From contig CAZAZE010000007.1 in the NCBI GenBank assembly GCA_964489545.1, positions 120,015-184,014 on the forward strand: DNA of 64,000 nt, read 5' to 3'. Source of the DNA: an uncultured Bacteroidales bacterium. Lineage in GTDB: Bacteria > Bacteroidota > Bacteroidia > Bacteroidales > JAGOPY01. The notes under the pieces were generated by a model. It was not told the DNA's origin. It ran no database searches and saw nothing but the letters and a program-made list of their open reading frames with translations. Made by a program: the position numbers and the translations under genes. Numbering within the stretch: the stretch's first letter is position 1; each line of letters begins with the position of its first letter. Below, piece after piece: positions 35,805 through 45,067 of this stretch.

Positions 35805-37415
35805 ATGAGGAAAACGGTTGATTTCCTGGTCATCGGTTCCGGCATCGCCGGTTTGAGTTACGCTCTGAAAGTGGCGGATGCCGGCAGGGTGTGTATCGTC
35901 ACCAAATCACAGGCGGATGAAACGGCGACCAAGTACGCCCAGGGCGGCATCGCGGCGGTGATGTACACCCCCGATACCTACGAAAAACACATCCGCGACA
36001 CCATCGTCGCGGGGGATGACCTCAGCAACCCGGAAATCGTCCGGATCGCCATTACGGAATCCACCGAGCGCGTAAAGGAACTGGTGGAATGGGGCGTGGA
36101 ATTTGACAAGGCTTCCTCTGGGAGATACGACCTGCACAAGGAAGGCGGGCATTCCGAGTTCCGTGTGCTGCATTACAAGGATAAGACCGGCGCTGAGATC
36201 GAGCGGGCGCTGCTCCACAGCGTCAAGAAGCATCCCAACATTGAGATCCTGGAGAATCATTTTACGGTGGACCTGATCACCCAGCACCATTTGGGTCTGG
36301 ATGTCAACCGAAGGACGCCCGACATCACCTGTTACGGCGCTTATGTGCTGAACCCCGACACCCGGGAGATCCATACGATCCTTTCGCGCATCACCCTGCT
36401 GGCAACGGGAGGCGCCGGCATGGTTTACGGCAACACGACCAACCCGCATATCGCCACCGGCGACGGGATCGCGATGGTGCACCGGGCCAAGGGCGCCGTG
36501 GAGAATATGGAGTTCATCCAGTTTCATCCGACAACCCTGTACCACCCGGGCGAAAAACCTTCTTTCCTCATCACCGAGGCGCTGCGGGGCTTCGGCGCCA
36601 TTTTGAAGGACAGCAGGGAAAATGAGTTCATGCAGAAATATGATCCCAGGGGGTCACTGGCCCCCCGTGATATCGTGGCGCGAGCCATTGACAATGAGAT
36701 GAAGATCTCCGGGGATGATTATGTGTACCTTGATTGCCGTCATCTTGACGAAAACGAGCTGATCAAGCATTTTCCGACCATTTATGCCAAATGCCTCAGC
36801 ATCGGCATCAACATCACCAGGGAAATGATCCCCGTGGTTCCCGGTGCGCATTATATCTGCGGCGGGATCAAGGTTGATGAATATGCCCGGAGCAGCATCC
36901 GCAACCTTTACGCCACGGGAGAATGCGCTTCCACGGGATTGCACGGCGCCAATCGGCTGGCTTCCAATTCCCTGCTCGAATCCGCGGTCTTTTCCCACCG
37001 AGCAGCGCTGGATTCCGTGAAGAAGGTCAATGACATTCCTGTGCGCGAGGAGGTGCCGGACTGGAACGCCGAAGGCATGATCCTGAACGAGGAGATGGTT
37101 TTGATCACCCAAAGCCTTAAAGAGGTTCAATCGATCATGACCAGCTATGTCGGAATTGTGAGGAGCAATCTGCGCCTGCAAAGGGCGCAGGAACGGCTGG
37201 CCATCATATACCGTGAAACGGAGGATCTGTACAATAAGTCCATCCTGTCCGTCAGCCTCTGCGAGCTGAGAAACGTCATCAACGTGGGGTACCTGATCAT
37301 CAAGATGGCCATGGCCCGGAAGGAAAGCCGCGGACTGCATTATTCCATCGATTACCCGCATCCGAAAGCCGGGGAACCTGGAACGCCGCAGGGCAATGGA
37401 CTGTCGGATTATTAA
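35805..37415 (+). CDS. nadB: L-aspartate oxidase
   Basis: FAD motif DFLVIGSGIAGLS, plus FHPT and GLHGANRLASNSLLE. The ATG at 35805 is 5 nt after the sucB stop; a GTG at 35796 is an alternative start. Confidence 0.9.
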   Translation: MRKTVDFLVIGSGIAGLSYALKVADAGRVCIVTKSQADETATKYAQGGIAAVMYTPDTYEKHIRDTIVAGDDLSNPEIVRIAITESTERVKELVEWGVEFDKASSGRYDLHKEGGHSEFRVLHYKDKTGAEIERALLHSVKKHPNIEILENHFTVDLITQHHLGLDVNRRTPDITCYGAYVLNPDTREIHTILSRITLLATGGAGMVYGNTTNPHIATGDGIAMVHRAKGAVENMEFIQFHPTTLYHPGEKPSFLITEALRGFGAILKDSRENEFMQKYDPRGSLAPRDIVARAIDNEMKISGDDYVYLDCRHLDENELIKHFPTIYAKCLSIGINITREMIPVVPGAHYICGGIKVDEYARSSIRNLYATGECASTGLHGANRLASNSLLESAVFSHRAALDSVKKVNDIPVREEVPDWNAEGMILNEEMVLITQSLKEVQSIMTSYVGIVRSNLRLQRAQERLAIIYRETEDLYNKSILSVSLCELRNVINVGYLIIKMAMARKESRGLHYSIDYPHPKAGEPGTPQGNGLSDY

Positions 37416-37426
37416 ACGCTGAACCA

Positions 37427-37942
37427 ATGGCCCTCATCAAAGTTGTCAAGGGCATCAGGCCCAATATCGGGAAAAGATGTTTCCTGGCCGACAATGCCAC
37501 CATTACCGGGGATGTGATCCTGGGCGATGACTGCAGCGTCTGGTTCAATGCGGTGGTCCGCGGAGATGTTCATTATATCCGCATCGGCCACCATGTGAAC
37601 ATCCAGGACGGGGTGATCATCCACTGCACCTATCGCAAGGCGCCGGTGAACATTGGCAATTACGTATCCATTGCCCACCGGGCGATCATACATGGCTGTA
37701 CGGTGAAGGACAATGTGCTGATCGGGATGGGGGCCATCCTCATGGATGGCGTGGTGGTGGAAAGCAATTCGATCATCGCGGCGGGCGCGCTCGTGACCAA
37801 AGACACCGTCGTGGAGGCCAACAGTGTCTACGCCGGCATGCCGGCGAAAAAGATCAAATCGATCGACAAAGACCTTTCTGAAGGTGAAATACTGCGAATC
37901 GCCAACAGCTATAACATCTACGCCGGCTGGTACGGACTTTAA
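37427..37942 (+). CDS. Gamma-class carbonic anhydrase-family (left-handed beta-helix) protein
   Basis: Hexapeptide repeats with the WFNAVVRGDV...IGHHVNIQDG..IH pattern, 171 aa. Confidence 0.85.
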   Translation: MALIKVVKGIRPNIGKRCFLADNATITGDVILGDDCSVWFNAVVRGDVHYIRIGHHVNIQDGVIIHCTYRKAPVNIGNYVSIAHRAIIHGCTVKDNVLIGMGAILMDGVVVESNSIIAAGALVTKDTVVEANSVYAGMPAKKIKSIDKDLSEGEILRIANSYNIYAGWYGL

Positions 37943-37963
37943 TGCCGCAACTTTCCCCGGATC

Positions 37964-38353
37964 TTACAGGCTTTCAATAACCCTTTGCAGTATTTCCGTG
38001 ACCTGGATGGCGACCGCGCCCAGCATGGGGTTCTCAATGGCTTTCATCGACTCGATCGGGTTCACTGCGGCCACTTCAACGGCACCTTCCTCTGTTTCCC
38101 TGACAATAACATTGCACGGCAACATGGTGCCGATCTTGTTTTCAGCCTGCAGCGCCTTATAGGCAAATGCAGGATTGCAGGCGCCAAGGATGCTATACCT
38201 GGGAAAATCAACATTTAGTTTTTCCTTCAGCTTTTCATGGATGCGGATCTCTGTCAGCACGCCGAACCCTTCCTTCTTCAGGGCTTCGGTGGCGGCTGCA
38301 ATGGCTTCTTCAAACGGGATTTCGAGTGTTTTGCTAAAATAATATGCTGCCAT
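37964..38353 (-). CDS. DUF302 domain protein
   Basis: GFGVLTEI...YSILGACNP...LPCNVIV signature, 129 aa. Confidence 0.8.
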   Translation of the reverse strand: MAAYYFSKTLEIPFEEAIAAATEALKKEGFGVLTEIRIHEKLKEKLNVDFPRYSILGACNPAFAYKALQAENKIGTMLPCNVIVRETEEGAVEVAAVNPIESMKAIENPMLGAVAIQVTEILQRVIESL

Positions 38354-38377
38354 GATCTTATCGGTAATTGATATGTA

Positions 38378-38413
38378 AAAAAACCGCTCCCGGCAGAGCC
38401 CGAAGCGGTTTTA
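38378..38413 (-). terminator. Rho-independent terminator downstream of the skp genes
   Basis: The minus strand reads AAAACCGCTTCGGGC-TCT-GCCGGGAGCGGTTTTTTT. This is an imperfect 12-bp stem (2 mismatches) plus a T-run. Confidence 0.6.
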
Positions 38414-38432
38414 GAATATGATGTTTGGATTT

Positions 38433-38948
38433 TTACTTCAGGCCCAGTTTGGTTTTAACCAGAGGGAGAATATTGTCGCCTTTCTCAAAATACAGGAAGG
38501 CTCCGGTTCCCACGTCAAAGATGTATGTGTAGCCATTCTCCTTGGCCACAGCGTTAATGGCATTTTTAGCCTTATCCAGCAGGGGTTGCAGCAATTCGAC
38601 CTGTTTGTTCTGAAGGTCGGTGTCGGCCTGCTGCTGGAAGGTCTGGATGCGGGTTTCCAGGTCGGCGAGTTCTTTTTCCTTGGTCTGGCGGATAATGTCC
38701 GACATGGTCCTGGAGTTGGCCTGGTAATCCTGCACTTTGGTCTGGTATTCGCCATACATGGTTTGCAGCTGGGTTTCCAGCGTTCTGCCATATTCCTGCA
38801 GCGCTGTCTGGATGGAATCCTTTCCGGGCATCATTTCCAGCAATTCATTCGAATCAATGTATCCCAGCTTTGCGTTCACCTGTCCATAACTGCTGGAAAT
38901 CAAGGCGAAAAGGACTATAACAAGGAATGACTTAAGTAGCTGTTTCAT
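38433..38948 (-). CDS. skp: OmpH/Skp-family periplasmic chaperone (paralog 2)
   Basis: Signal peptide MKQLLKSFLVIVLFALISSSYGQ followed by a coiled-coil-rich QQ/EL body. I prefer the start at 38948. Confidence 0.8.
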   Translation of the reverse strand: MKQLLKSFLVIVLFALISSSYGQVNAKLGYIDSNELLEMMPGKDSIQTALQEYGRTLETQLQTMYGEYQTKVQDYQANSRTMSDIIRQTKEKELADLETRIQTFQQQADTDLQNKQVELLQPLLDKAKNAINAVAKENGYTYIFDVGTGAFLYFEKGDNILPLVKTKLGLK

Positions 38949-38978
38949 CTTTGTTTGGATTAATAAATTTAAGCTGGG

Positions 38979-38986
38979 CAAAGATA
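38979..38986 (-). promoter_or_regulatory. -7 promoter box TATCTTTG (minus strand) between the two skp genes
   Basis: The reverse complement of CAAAGATA lies 31 nt upstream of the ATG at 38948. Confidence 0.4.
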
Positions 38987-39010
38987 GAGAAATTTACGTA
39001 TCCGCTGCGC

Positions 39011-39739
39011 TTATTTCTTTTTTTCACCCGGAGGGGGCAGCGATGGCGCCGGTTGCTGTCCTGCAGGGGGTTTCTGCCCGGTTGTTGAGGTTCCCTGGCC
39101 GGGTCGCGGCGGGGAGGTCATCTGGCCGGAAGTGGAAGATGCCGGCATTCCGGATCCGGAGGTGCCGGTGGTGCTCTTTCCGAGTTCCACCGTGGTCCGG
39201 GTGCGGCTTTCACGCCTGACGGTCTGCATGACGGTCCCGATCTCATCCAGGATGTCATCGCTCAGATCGTATTTGGCGTCGGCGAACAGCAGGGCCGCGC
39301 CGGCGGCTTTATCAAAAATGAAGGCATAATTGCGCGTCACCGCCATATCCTGGATGGCATTGTAAATCTTTTCCTGGATCGGTTCCACCAGTTCAATCCT
39401 TTTCCGGTACAGGTCCCCGTCCTTTCCAAAGCGTTGTTTCTGCAAGTCTTTGGCTTCTCTTTCCTTCTGGATGATTTCGTTTTCCTTCTGCTTCTTCAGG
39501 TCTTCGGGAAGCAGGATGGATTCGGCCTGGTACTCCCGGTACAGTTTGTCGATCTCCTGAAATTTGGCTTCAATCTCTTTCTGCCACTGCGCCGACAGGT
39601 CGTCAAGCAATGCCTGGGCATCCGTGTACTCGGGGATATTGTTCAGGATATAATCCGTATCCACAAAAGCGTATTTCTGGCTGAATCCCGAAAGGGAGGC
39701 CAGGAGCGCGAACGCGCCGATAACCAAGATCTTTTTCAT
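39011..39739 (-). CDS. skp: OmpH/Skp-family periplasmic chaperone (paralog 1) with a Pro/Gly/Ser/Thr-rich C-terminal tail
   Basis: Signal peptide, a coiled-coil body, then a ~60-aa tail ...TTGTSGSGMPASSTSGQMTSPPRPGQGTSTTGQKPPAGQQPAPSLPPPGEKKK. Confidence 0.8.
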   Translation of the reverse strand: MKKILVIGAFALLASLSGFSQKYAFVDTDYILNNIPEYTDAQALLDDLSAQWQKEIEAKFQEIDKLYREYQAESILLPEDLKKQKENEIIQKEREAKDLQKQRFGKDGDLYRKRIELVEPIQEKIYNAIQDMAVTRNYAFIFDKAAGAALLFADAKYDLSDDILDEIGTVMQTVRRESRTRTTVELGKSTTGTSGSGMPASSTSGQMTSPPRPGQGTSTTGQKPPAGQQPAPSLPPPGEKKK

Positions 39740-39809
39740 ATTCTTTCCTCCTAATATTATTATTCTGGAATTCCTTTAATACAAAAAACTTGCCAATTGT
39801 TCAGGTGTG

Positions 39810-42485
39810 TCAGTCAATTGAAGAATTGATGGAAAAATGAAACTGTGAACCGTTGGCGTCCGGCAAACCCGGCACTTCGTCAAACCCGTAGCCCCAGTCC
39901 AGTCCAAGCAGGCCGAACATGGGAAGGAACACCCTGACGCCAAATCCGGCGGAACGGTAAATAGCAAACGGGTTGAAGTCGGAAAAGCCCAGCCATGAGT
40001 TCCCGCCTTCCAGGAATGCCGCGGCAAAAATGGTCGCGCTGGGGTTCAGCGAGAGCGGGTACCTCAGTTCCAGCGTGTATTTGGCAAAAATCGTCCCCCC
40101 GATATTTTTGTTGATGAAGTAGTTTGGCGTGATGGTTTCATTTCCATACCCGCGCATGCCGATGATCTCGCGGCCGTCGAGATTATTGTAGCCTGAGAGG
40201 CCGTCGCCGCCGAGGTAAAATCGCTCAAATGGGGTGTAGCCGATGGTGCTGTTGTATTTCCCCAGGAAACCCATTTTCACCCGGGTCATCACCACCGCCT
40301 TCGGAAAGATCTCGGTAAAGAAGGTGGCATTGATCTTCCATTTGTGGTATTCGATCCAGCGGTAGATCTCATCGGGCTCCATCTTATCAAGATCATAGTC
40401 CATGAAAAGGGAATACGGAGGGGTGAGTTCGAGCGACACCGACACTTCCGAGCCGAATGTCGGGTAAATGGGCTGGCTGATCGAGTTCCGGCCAAAAATG
40501 ATGTTGTAGTTAAAATTATTGTAATATCCTGTTCCGGATCCGAACAGGAAAATCTGGGAATACTGGTACAGGTCGTAACGCTGCAGGGTAATGCCCTGGT
40601 AGAGCGTAAAGTAATCATCGGGCCAGGTTAACCTCTTGCCCAGGCCAAACGTCAGGCCATTGATCACGAACTCTGACCGGAGCGGGTCGTTCTTCGACTT
40701 CCCGTTCGAGTACAGCGAATGCCAGTAGGTAACACTGAACGAGTTGGGTTTCTTTCCGCCCAGCCAGGGTTCCGTGAAGGATGCGCTGTAACTCAGGTAT
40801 CCCTTTCCATATGATTGCAGGCGAAGGCTCAGTTTCTGCCCGTCACCCGAAGGGACGGGTTTCCAGGCATCCGCCTTGAACAGTTTCCTGACGCTGAAAT
40901 TATTGAACGAGAGGCCCAGGGTGCCGATGATCCGGCCATAGCCCCAGCCCCCGCTCAGCTCGATCTGGTCGGCCGAGGTTTCCTCCACTTTGTAGGTAAT
41001 GTCGACAGTCCCGTCGGATGGATTGGGGACGATATCCGGGACGATCTTTTCCGGATCAAAATAACGGAGCTGCGCCAGTTCCCGGGTGGTACGGATGATG
41101 TCAGACCTTGAGAAGAGCTGGCCGGGCCGGGTGCGCAATTCACGCACCACCACATGGTCGTTGGTCTTGGTGTTTCCACTGATCATCACTTTGTTGATCC
41201 GTGCCTGCTTACCTTCCCGGATCCGGATCTCGATGTCGATGGAGTCGTTTTCCACGTTGACCTCCACGGGTTCAGCAGCGAAGAAGAGATACCCGTCGTC
41301 AAGATAGAGGGAACTGACGTCGCGGTCGTTGGGATTGAACGACAGGTTGGTCTCCAGTATCTCCCGGTTGTAAATATCGCCTTTGTTGATCTTTAATACA
41401 CTATTCAGATATTCCGAAGTATATTTCGTATTGCCCACCCAGGTAATGTTCCTGAAAAAATACTGAGGGCCTTCGTCCAGGTATAAATCCACGCTCAGGG
41501 TACGGTCCGGGTTGCGATAAATGGAATCCCGCACGATGATGGCATCCCGGTACCCGTCGCTGTTGTATTTCTTCAGCACCGCCAGCAGGTCCTCGTCAAA
41601 CTTATCCTGGATATAGCGTGAAGGCTTGAATATCCTGATCTTGACGGTGCGATTGAGGTGCGATAGCGTTGAGTCGACGATACCCTGGGGATTCAGGCGA
41701 ACCAGTTCGCGCAGGTCCTTGAGCAGGGCGACTTCAATGTCTTGCAGCGGATTGAAGGTGCCCATTTCCTTGGTTTCCTTCAGGGCGTTCTTGATCTTCT
41801 GATCGGAAAGAAAGTCATTGCCGTAAACATTGATCTTCCGGACCTTGACGCGGTTGTTTTTCTCGATCATGATATCCAGGGCTACATTGTTGGCGCGTGT
41901 GGTGTCGGGATACTGCCGGATGTCGACCGTTGCGTCCAGGAAGCCCTTTTCACGGTAGTGATTTTTTATAAGCACGCTGGTTTTCATCAGCATGCTCTCG
42001 GTAACCACATCGCCCCTGGTAATGTTGATCTTTTCCCGCAGGTTATCCGCTTCCGTTTTATTGACTCCTTTCAGGGAGAATTTTGAAAGCCGCGGCCGCT
42101 CCTTCAGGGCGAGTTCCAGGAACACCTTATCATCGCGAATATCCGTGATGTACAATCCGATATTTTCAAAAAGGCCCTGATCCCAAAGCTTACGGAGGGA
42201 TTTGGAGACCTCTTCACCGGGAATGGTTATTTTTTCGCCGACATTCAGGCCGGACAGCATGATGAGCACGTTTTTATCCAGGTACTCCACGCCGGTGACC
42301 TGCACTCCGCCGATTTCATACTCCACCGGGCGGGTATAGTCGACCACGGGCAGTTCTCCCAAAGTTACCTGGGCGGATAGTTTTGTTCCAGAAAATAATA
42401 ACCCGAGCAGCAAGGCCGGCACCAGGGCCATCAACCTGAATCTCCCCCCGAATAAATAGAATTTATTCCTTTTCCCCTTGATCAT
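39810..42485 (-). CDS. bamA: Outer-membrane protein assembly factor BamA
   Basis: 891 aa with a signal peptide, multiple POTRA repeats and a C-terminal Omp85 barrel. The ATG overlaps the uppS stop (ATGA). Confidence 0.92.
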   Translation of the reverse strand: MIKGKRNKFYLFGGRFRLMALVPALLLGLLFSGTKLSAQVTLGELPVVDYTRPVEYEIGGVQVTGVEYLDKNVLIMLSGLNVGEKITIPGEEVSKSLRKLWDQGLFENIGLYITDIRDDKVFLELALKERPRLSKFSLKGVNKTEADNLREKINITRGDVVTESMLMKTSVLIKNHYREKGFLDATVDIRQYPDTTRANNVALDIMIEKNNRVKVRKINVYGNDFLSDQKIKNALKETKEMGTFNPLQDIEVALLKDLRELVRLNPQGIVDSTLSHLNRTVKIRIFKPSRYIQDKFDEDLLAVLKKYNSDGYRDAIIVRDSIYRNPDRTLSVDLYLDEGPQYFFRNITWVGNTKYTSEYLNSVLKINKGDIYNREILETNLSFNPNDRDVSSLYLDDGYLFFAAEPVEVNVENDSIDIEIRIREGKQARINKVMISGNTKTNDHVVVRELRTRPGQLFSRSDIIRTTRELAQLRYFDPEKIVPDIVPNPSDGTVDITYKVEETSADQIELSGGWGYGRIIGTLGLSFNNFSVRKLFKADAWKPVPSGDGQKLSLRLQSYGKGYLSYSASFTEPWLGGKKPNSFSVTYWHSLYSNGKSKNDPLRSEFVINGLTFGLGKRLTWPDDYFTLYQGITLQRYDLYQYSQIFLFGSGTGYYNNFNYNIIFGRNSISQPIYPTFGSEVSVSLELTPPYSLFMDYDLDKMEPDEIYRWIEYHKWKINATFFTEIFPKAVVMTRVKMGFLGKYNSTIGYTPFERFYLGGDGLSGYNNLDGREIIGMRGYGNETITPNYFINKNIGGTIFAKYTLELRYPLSLNPSATIFAAAFLEGGNSWLGFSDFNPFAIYRSAGFGVRVFLPMFGLLGLDWGYGFDEVPGLPDANGSQFHFSINSSID

Positions 42486-43240
42486 CAGGATTTCTTTTTT
42501 TCTGTAAGCTGATCGCCCGTTTTGCCAAACCGGCGTTCCCTGTGCTGGTAATTATAGATGGCTTCATAAAGGTCTTCCCGGCGGAAATCCGGCCAGAATT
42601 TGGAACAGAAATAGAGTTCCGAATAGGCGATCTGCCAGAGGAGGAAGTTGCTCACGCGGTATTCTCCGCTCGTCCTGATGAGCAGTTCGGGATCCGGGAG
42701 CATGGCGGAAGGCAGCATGGATGAGAACAGCCCGGTGGTGATCTCTTCCGGAGCAAGCCTGTTCCCGGCGACTTCCCGGGCAATGAGCCTGGCTGCTTCG
42801 GCAATTTCCCAGCGTGAACTGTAAGAGAGGGCCAGGGTTAAGGTCATGCGGTTGTTTCCTGCGGTTTCATCCATGGCTTTCTGAAGGCGTTTCCGTATGG
42901 TTTCGGGCAGGGATGAGAGGTTTCCGATGGCATTAAGCCGGATATTATTTTTATTGAGTGTTCTTATCTCCTTATTGATAGTCTGGAGCAGGAGGTGCAT
43001 CAGGGCGTCCACTTCGTATTTGGGCCGGTTCCAGTTCTCCGTGGAAAAAGCGTACAGGGTAAGATAGCCGACACCCAGCTCCGCAGCCGCCTCCGCAGCC
43101 TCCCTGACCGAGGTGACGCCATGCTGGTGGCCGAAGGTCCGGGGCTTTCCCTGCTGCTTGGCCCATCTGCCGTTGCCATCCATGATGATGGCCACATGCC
43201 GGGGGAGGTTGTTGAGATCCAGTTGTTCCTTATAGCTCAT
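42485..43240 (-). CDS. uppS: Isoprenyl transferase (undecaprenyl-diphosphate synthase)
   Basis: HVAIIMDGNGRWA and SGEYRVSNFLLWQ motifs, 251 aa. Confidence 0.92.
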   Translation of the reverse strand: MSYKEQLDLNNLPRHVAIIMDGNGRWAKQQGKPRTFGHQHGVTSVREAAEAAAELGVGYLTLYAFSTENWNRPKYEVDALMHLLLQTINKEIRTLNKNNIRLNAIGNLSSLPETIRKRLQKAMDETAGNNRMTLTLALSYSSRWEIAEAARLIAREVAGNRLAPEEITTGLFSSMLPSAMLPDPELLIRTSGEYRVSNFLLWQIAYSELYFCSKFWPDFRREDLYEAIYNYQHRERRFGKTGDQLTEKKKS

Positions 43241-43276
43241 CCTGAGAGTTACTTATTCTTGGCCCGCTACAGATTA

Positions 43277-44077
43277 TTAGATGTTGTTCCTTTGCTGGTC
43301 AGGGCAGCCTTTTTTGTTGAAGATTCTGAACTTGTACGTCAGCGTGATGCCGGAAAAATTATACCAGTCGCGTGTTTCCGGGTTGCCCCGTTCCATCAGC
43401 GGCCGATGCTGCATGGTCGGGTCGGAAAGCAACTGAGCCGGATCCGCCGGGTCGATCTGCGCGCCTTCCAGGTAATAGGTGCGGCTGACATCGTCGAGAT
43501 AATCGGTGAAGGTTTTCCGCATGCCCCATTCGGCGGTAAGGGCCAGTCGTTTGTTCAGGCTGAATTTTACGCCCAGCCCAAATGGAATGGCAAAGCTGTA
43601 CAAATTATAAGGTGAACGTCCGTCGAAGCCCACTTGCTGCCCTTCCGTGCCGATATCGCGGAGAGATAGCCCTCCGGCTTCGGGTTCAAAGAGAAACACG
43701 CCCACGCCACCGAATATATAGGGCGAAAGCACATCTCTCTTGCTGCCCGTATAATAGTCGAAGAAATTGAATTCGGCCACGGCGCTGAATTCCGTTACCC
43801 GTGATCTGAAATTCAGGTTCCGGATGCTGCTGGTTTTGCTGACGGCGTCATCGCCCATCACGTGGCCGCGGTATGCCATGGCCCTGAGCGCCCACCGGGG
43901 ATTGATGTTATACCGGGCCAGCAGGCCATAGGCCGGTTCAGGCTGAAGAAAATGCTTGCCCGGGTTCAAATCGCCGAGGTAATAGCTGAATCCGCCGAAG
44001 AGCCCGACTTCCATGGTCTGTCCGGTCGCAAACAGGGACGAAACGACAATGGCGCAAGTAATCAGAAGTTTTTTCAT
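43277..44077 (-). CDS. DUF6089-family outer-membrane beta-barrel protein; probable PorG-type T9SS accessory protein by synteny
   Basis: Signal peptide followed by beta-strand periodicity. It sits immediately upstream of uppS-bamA-skp-skp, where I recall P. gingivalis PorG (PG0189) sitting. Not verified by search. Confidence 0.55.
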   Translation of the reverse strand: MKKLLITCAIVVSSLFATGQTMEVGLFGGFSYYLGDLNPGKHFLQPEPAYGLLARYNINPRWALRAMAYRGHVMGDDAVSKTSSIRNLNFRSRVTEFSAVAEFNFFDYYTGSKRDVLSPYIFGGVGVFLFEPEAGGLSLRDIGTEGQQVGFDGRSPYNLYSFAIPFGLGVKFSLNKRLALTAEWGMRKTFTDYLDDVSRTYYLEGAQIDPADPAQLLSDPTMQHRPLMERGNPETRDWYNFSGITLTYKFRIFNKKGCPDQQRNNI

Positions 44078-44093
44078 TTCGATAAGCAGGCAG

Positions 44094-44101
44094 CAAAATT
44101 A
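44094..44101 (-). promoter_or_regulatory. -7 promoter box TAATTTTG (minus strand)
   Basis: The reverse complement of CAAAATTA lies 17 nt upstream of the ATG at 44077. Confidence 0.4.
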
Positions 44102-44130
44102 CCAAAATTTCCTTTGAATCAACCGCCGGT

Positions 44131-45009
44131 CTAATTGCGGGCATCCAGCCCCCATTTTAACTTTTCGCGAATGGTCAGAAAGAAATTCCGGTCCTTCATC
44201 TGAATCATATTAAATTTAAAATCAGCCTTTTCAATAATCAGTTCCAGGTTTGAAAAGATGGTCGCGCGCCTGGAATCAAGGCTAACCAGGAACTGCTCCT
44301 CCCTTCCTTCCACAATGATCCTGATCCTTGATTTGTCCGGTATAACGACCGGCCTGACCGTTAAATTGTGCGGTGCGATCGGGGTCAGCACAAAATTCTG
44401 GGATCCGGGCGTGAGGATCGGCCCTCCGGTGCTGAGGGAATATGCGGTGGATCCCGTGGGGGTTGCAATGATCAGCCCGTCGGCCCAGTAGGAATTCAGA
44501 AACTGATCGTCGATGTATACGTGCAATACGATGAGCGAAGTGGTGTCTTTCCGGGTGATGGTCACTTCATTCAGGGCATAATTCAGTGACCCGAACAAAT
44601 CCCGGGGTTGCGACAGCCGGACCAGCGCCCTGGATTCTATCACAAAATCATGTTCCAGGACCCTGTCGATAGCCGGTAATATCTCATCCTTAGCGATGCT
44701 GGACAGAAATCCCAGTCTGCCTATGTTGATGCCCATCACCGGTATGCCTGAATCGCGCACATAGGTCAGCGCTTCAAGTATGGTCCCGTCGCCGCCGATC
44801 GAAAACATTACATCCGTATTGTGCGGAATTTCATGGTGTTCGTCAAAAAAACCGATCTCGTCCGGGAATCCGACCTGGCCGCGGATGATCTCATAGAATG
44901 GCCGAAAGATCAGCAACCCGCATTTTTTTGCCTGTAATTTGTCAACCACGCGCTGAACGTACTTGAAATCGTCGGGCGATACCGATCTTCCGAATAGGGC
45001 AATGTTCAT
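44131..45009 (-). CDS. nadK: NAD+ kinase
   Basis: SIGGDGTILEA (GGDGT) and TPTGSTAYSLS motifs. I prefer the start at 45009 (MNIALFG). Confidence 0.9.
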   Translation of the reverse strand: MNIALFGRSVSPDDFKYVQRVVDKLQAKKCGLLIFRPFYEIIRGQVGFPDEIGFFDEHHEIPHNTDVMFSIGGDGTILEALTYVRDSGIPVMGINIGRLGFLSSIAKDEILPAIDRVLEHDFVIESRALVRLSQPRDLFGSLNYALNEVTITRKDTTSLIVLHVYIDDQFLNSYWADGLIIATPTGSTAYSLSTGGPILTPGSQNFVLTPIAPHNLTVRPVVIPDKSRIRIIVEGREEQFLVSLDSRRATIFSNLELIIEKADFKFNMIQMKDRNFFLTIREKLKWGLDARN

Positions 45010-45029
45010 CCTGGTAGCGTTAAGAAGTG

Positions 45030-45037
45030 CAAATTTA
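45030..45037 (-). promoter_or_regulatory. -7 promoter box TAAATTTG (minus strand)
   Basis: The reverse complement of CAAATTTA lies 21 nt upstream of the ATG at 45009. Confidence 0.4.
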
Positions 45038-45067
45038 ATCAATTTGCAGACCACTTCAAGTCCTCGA

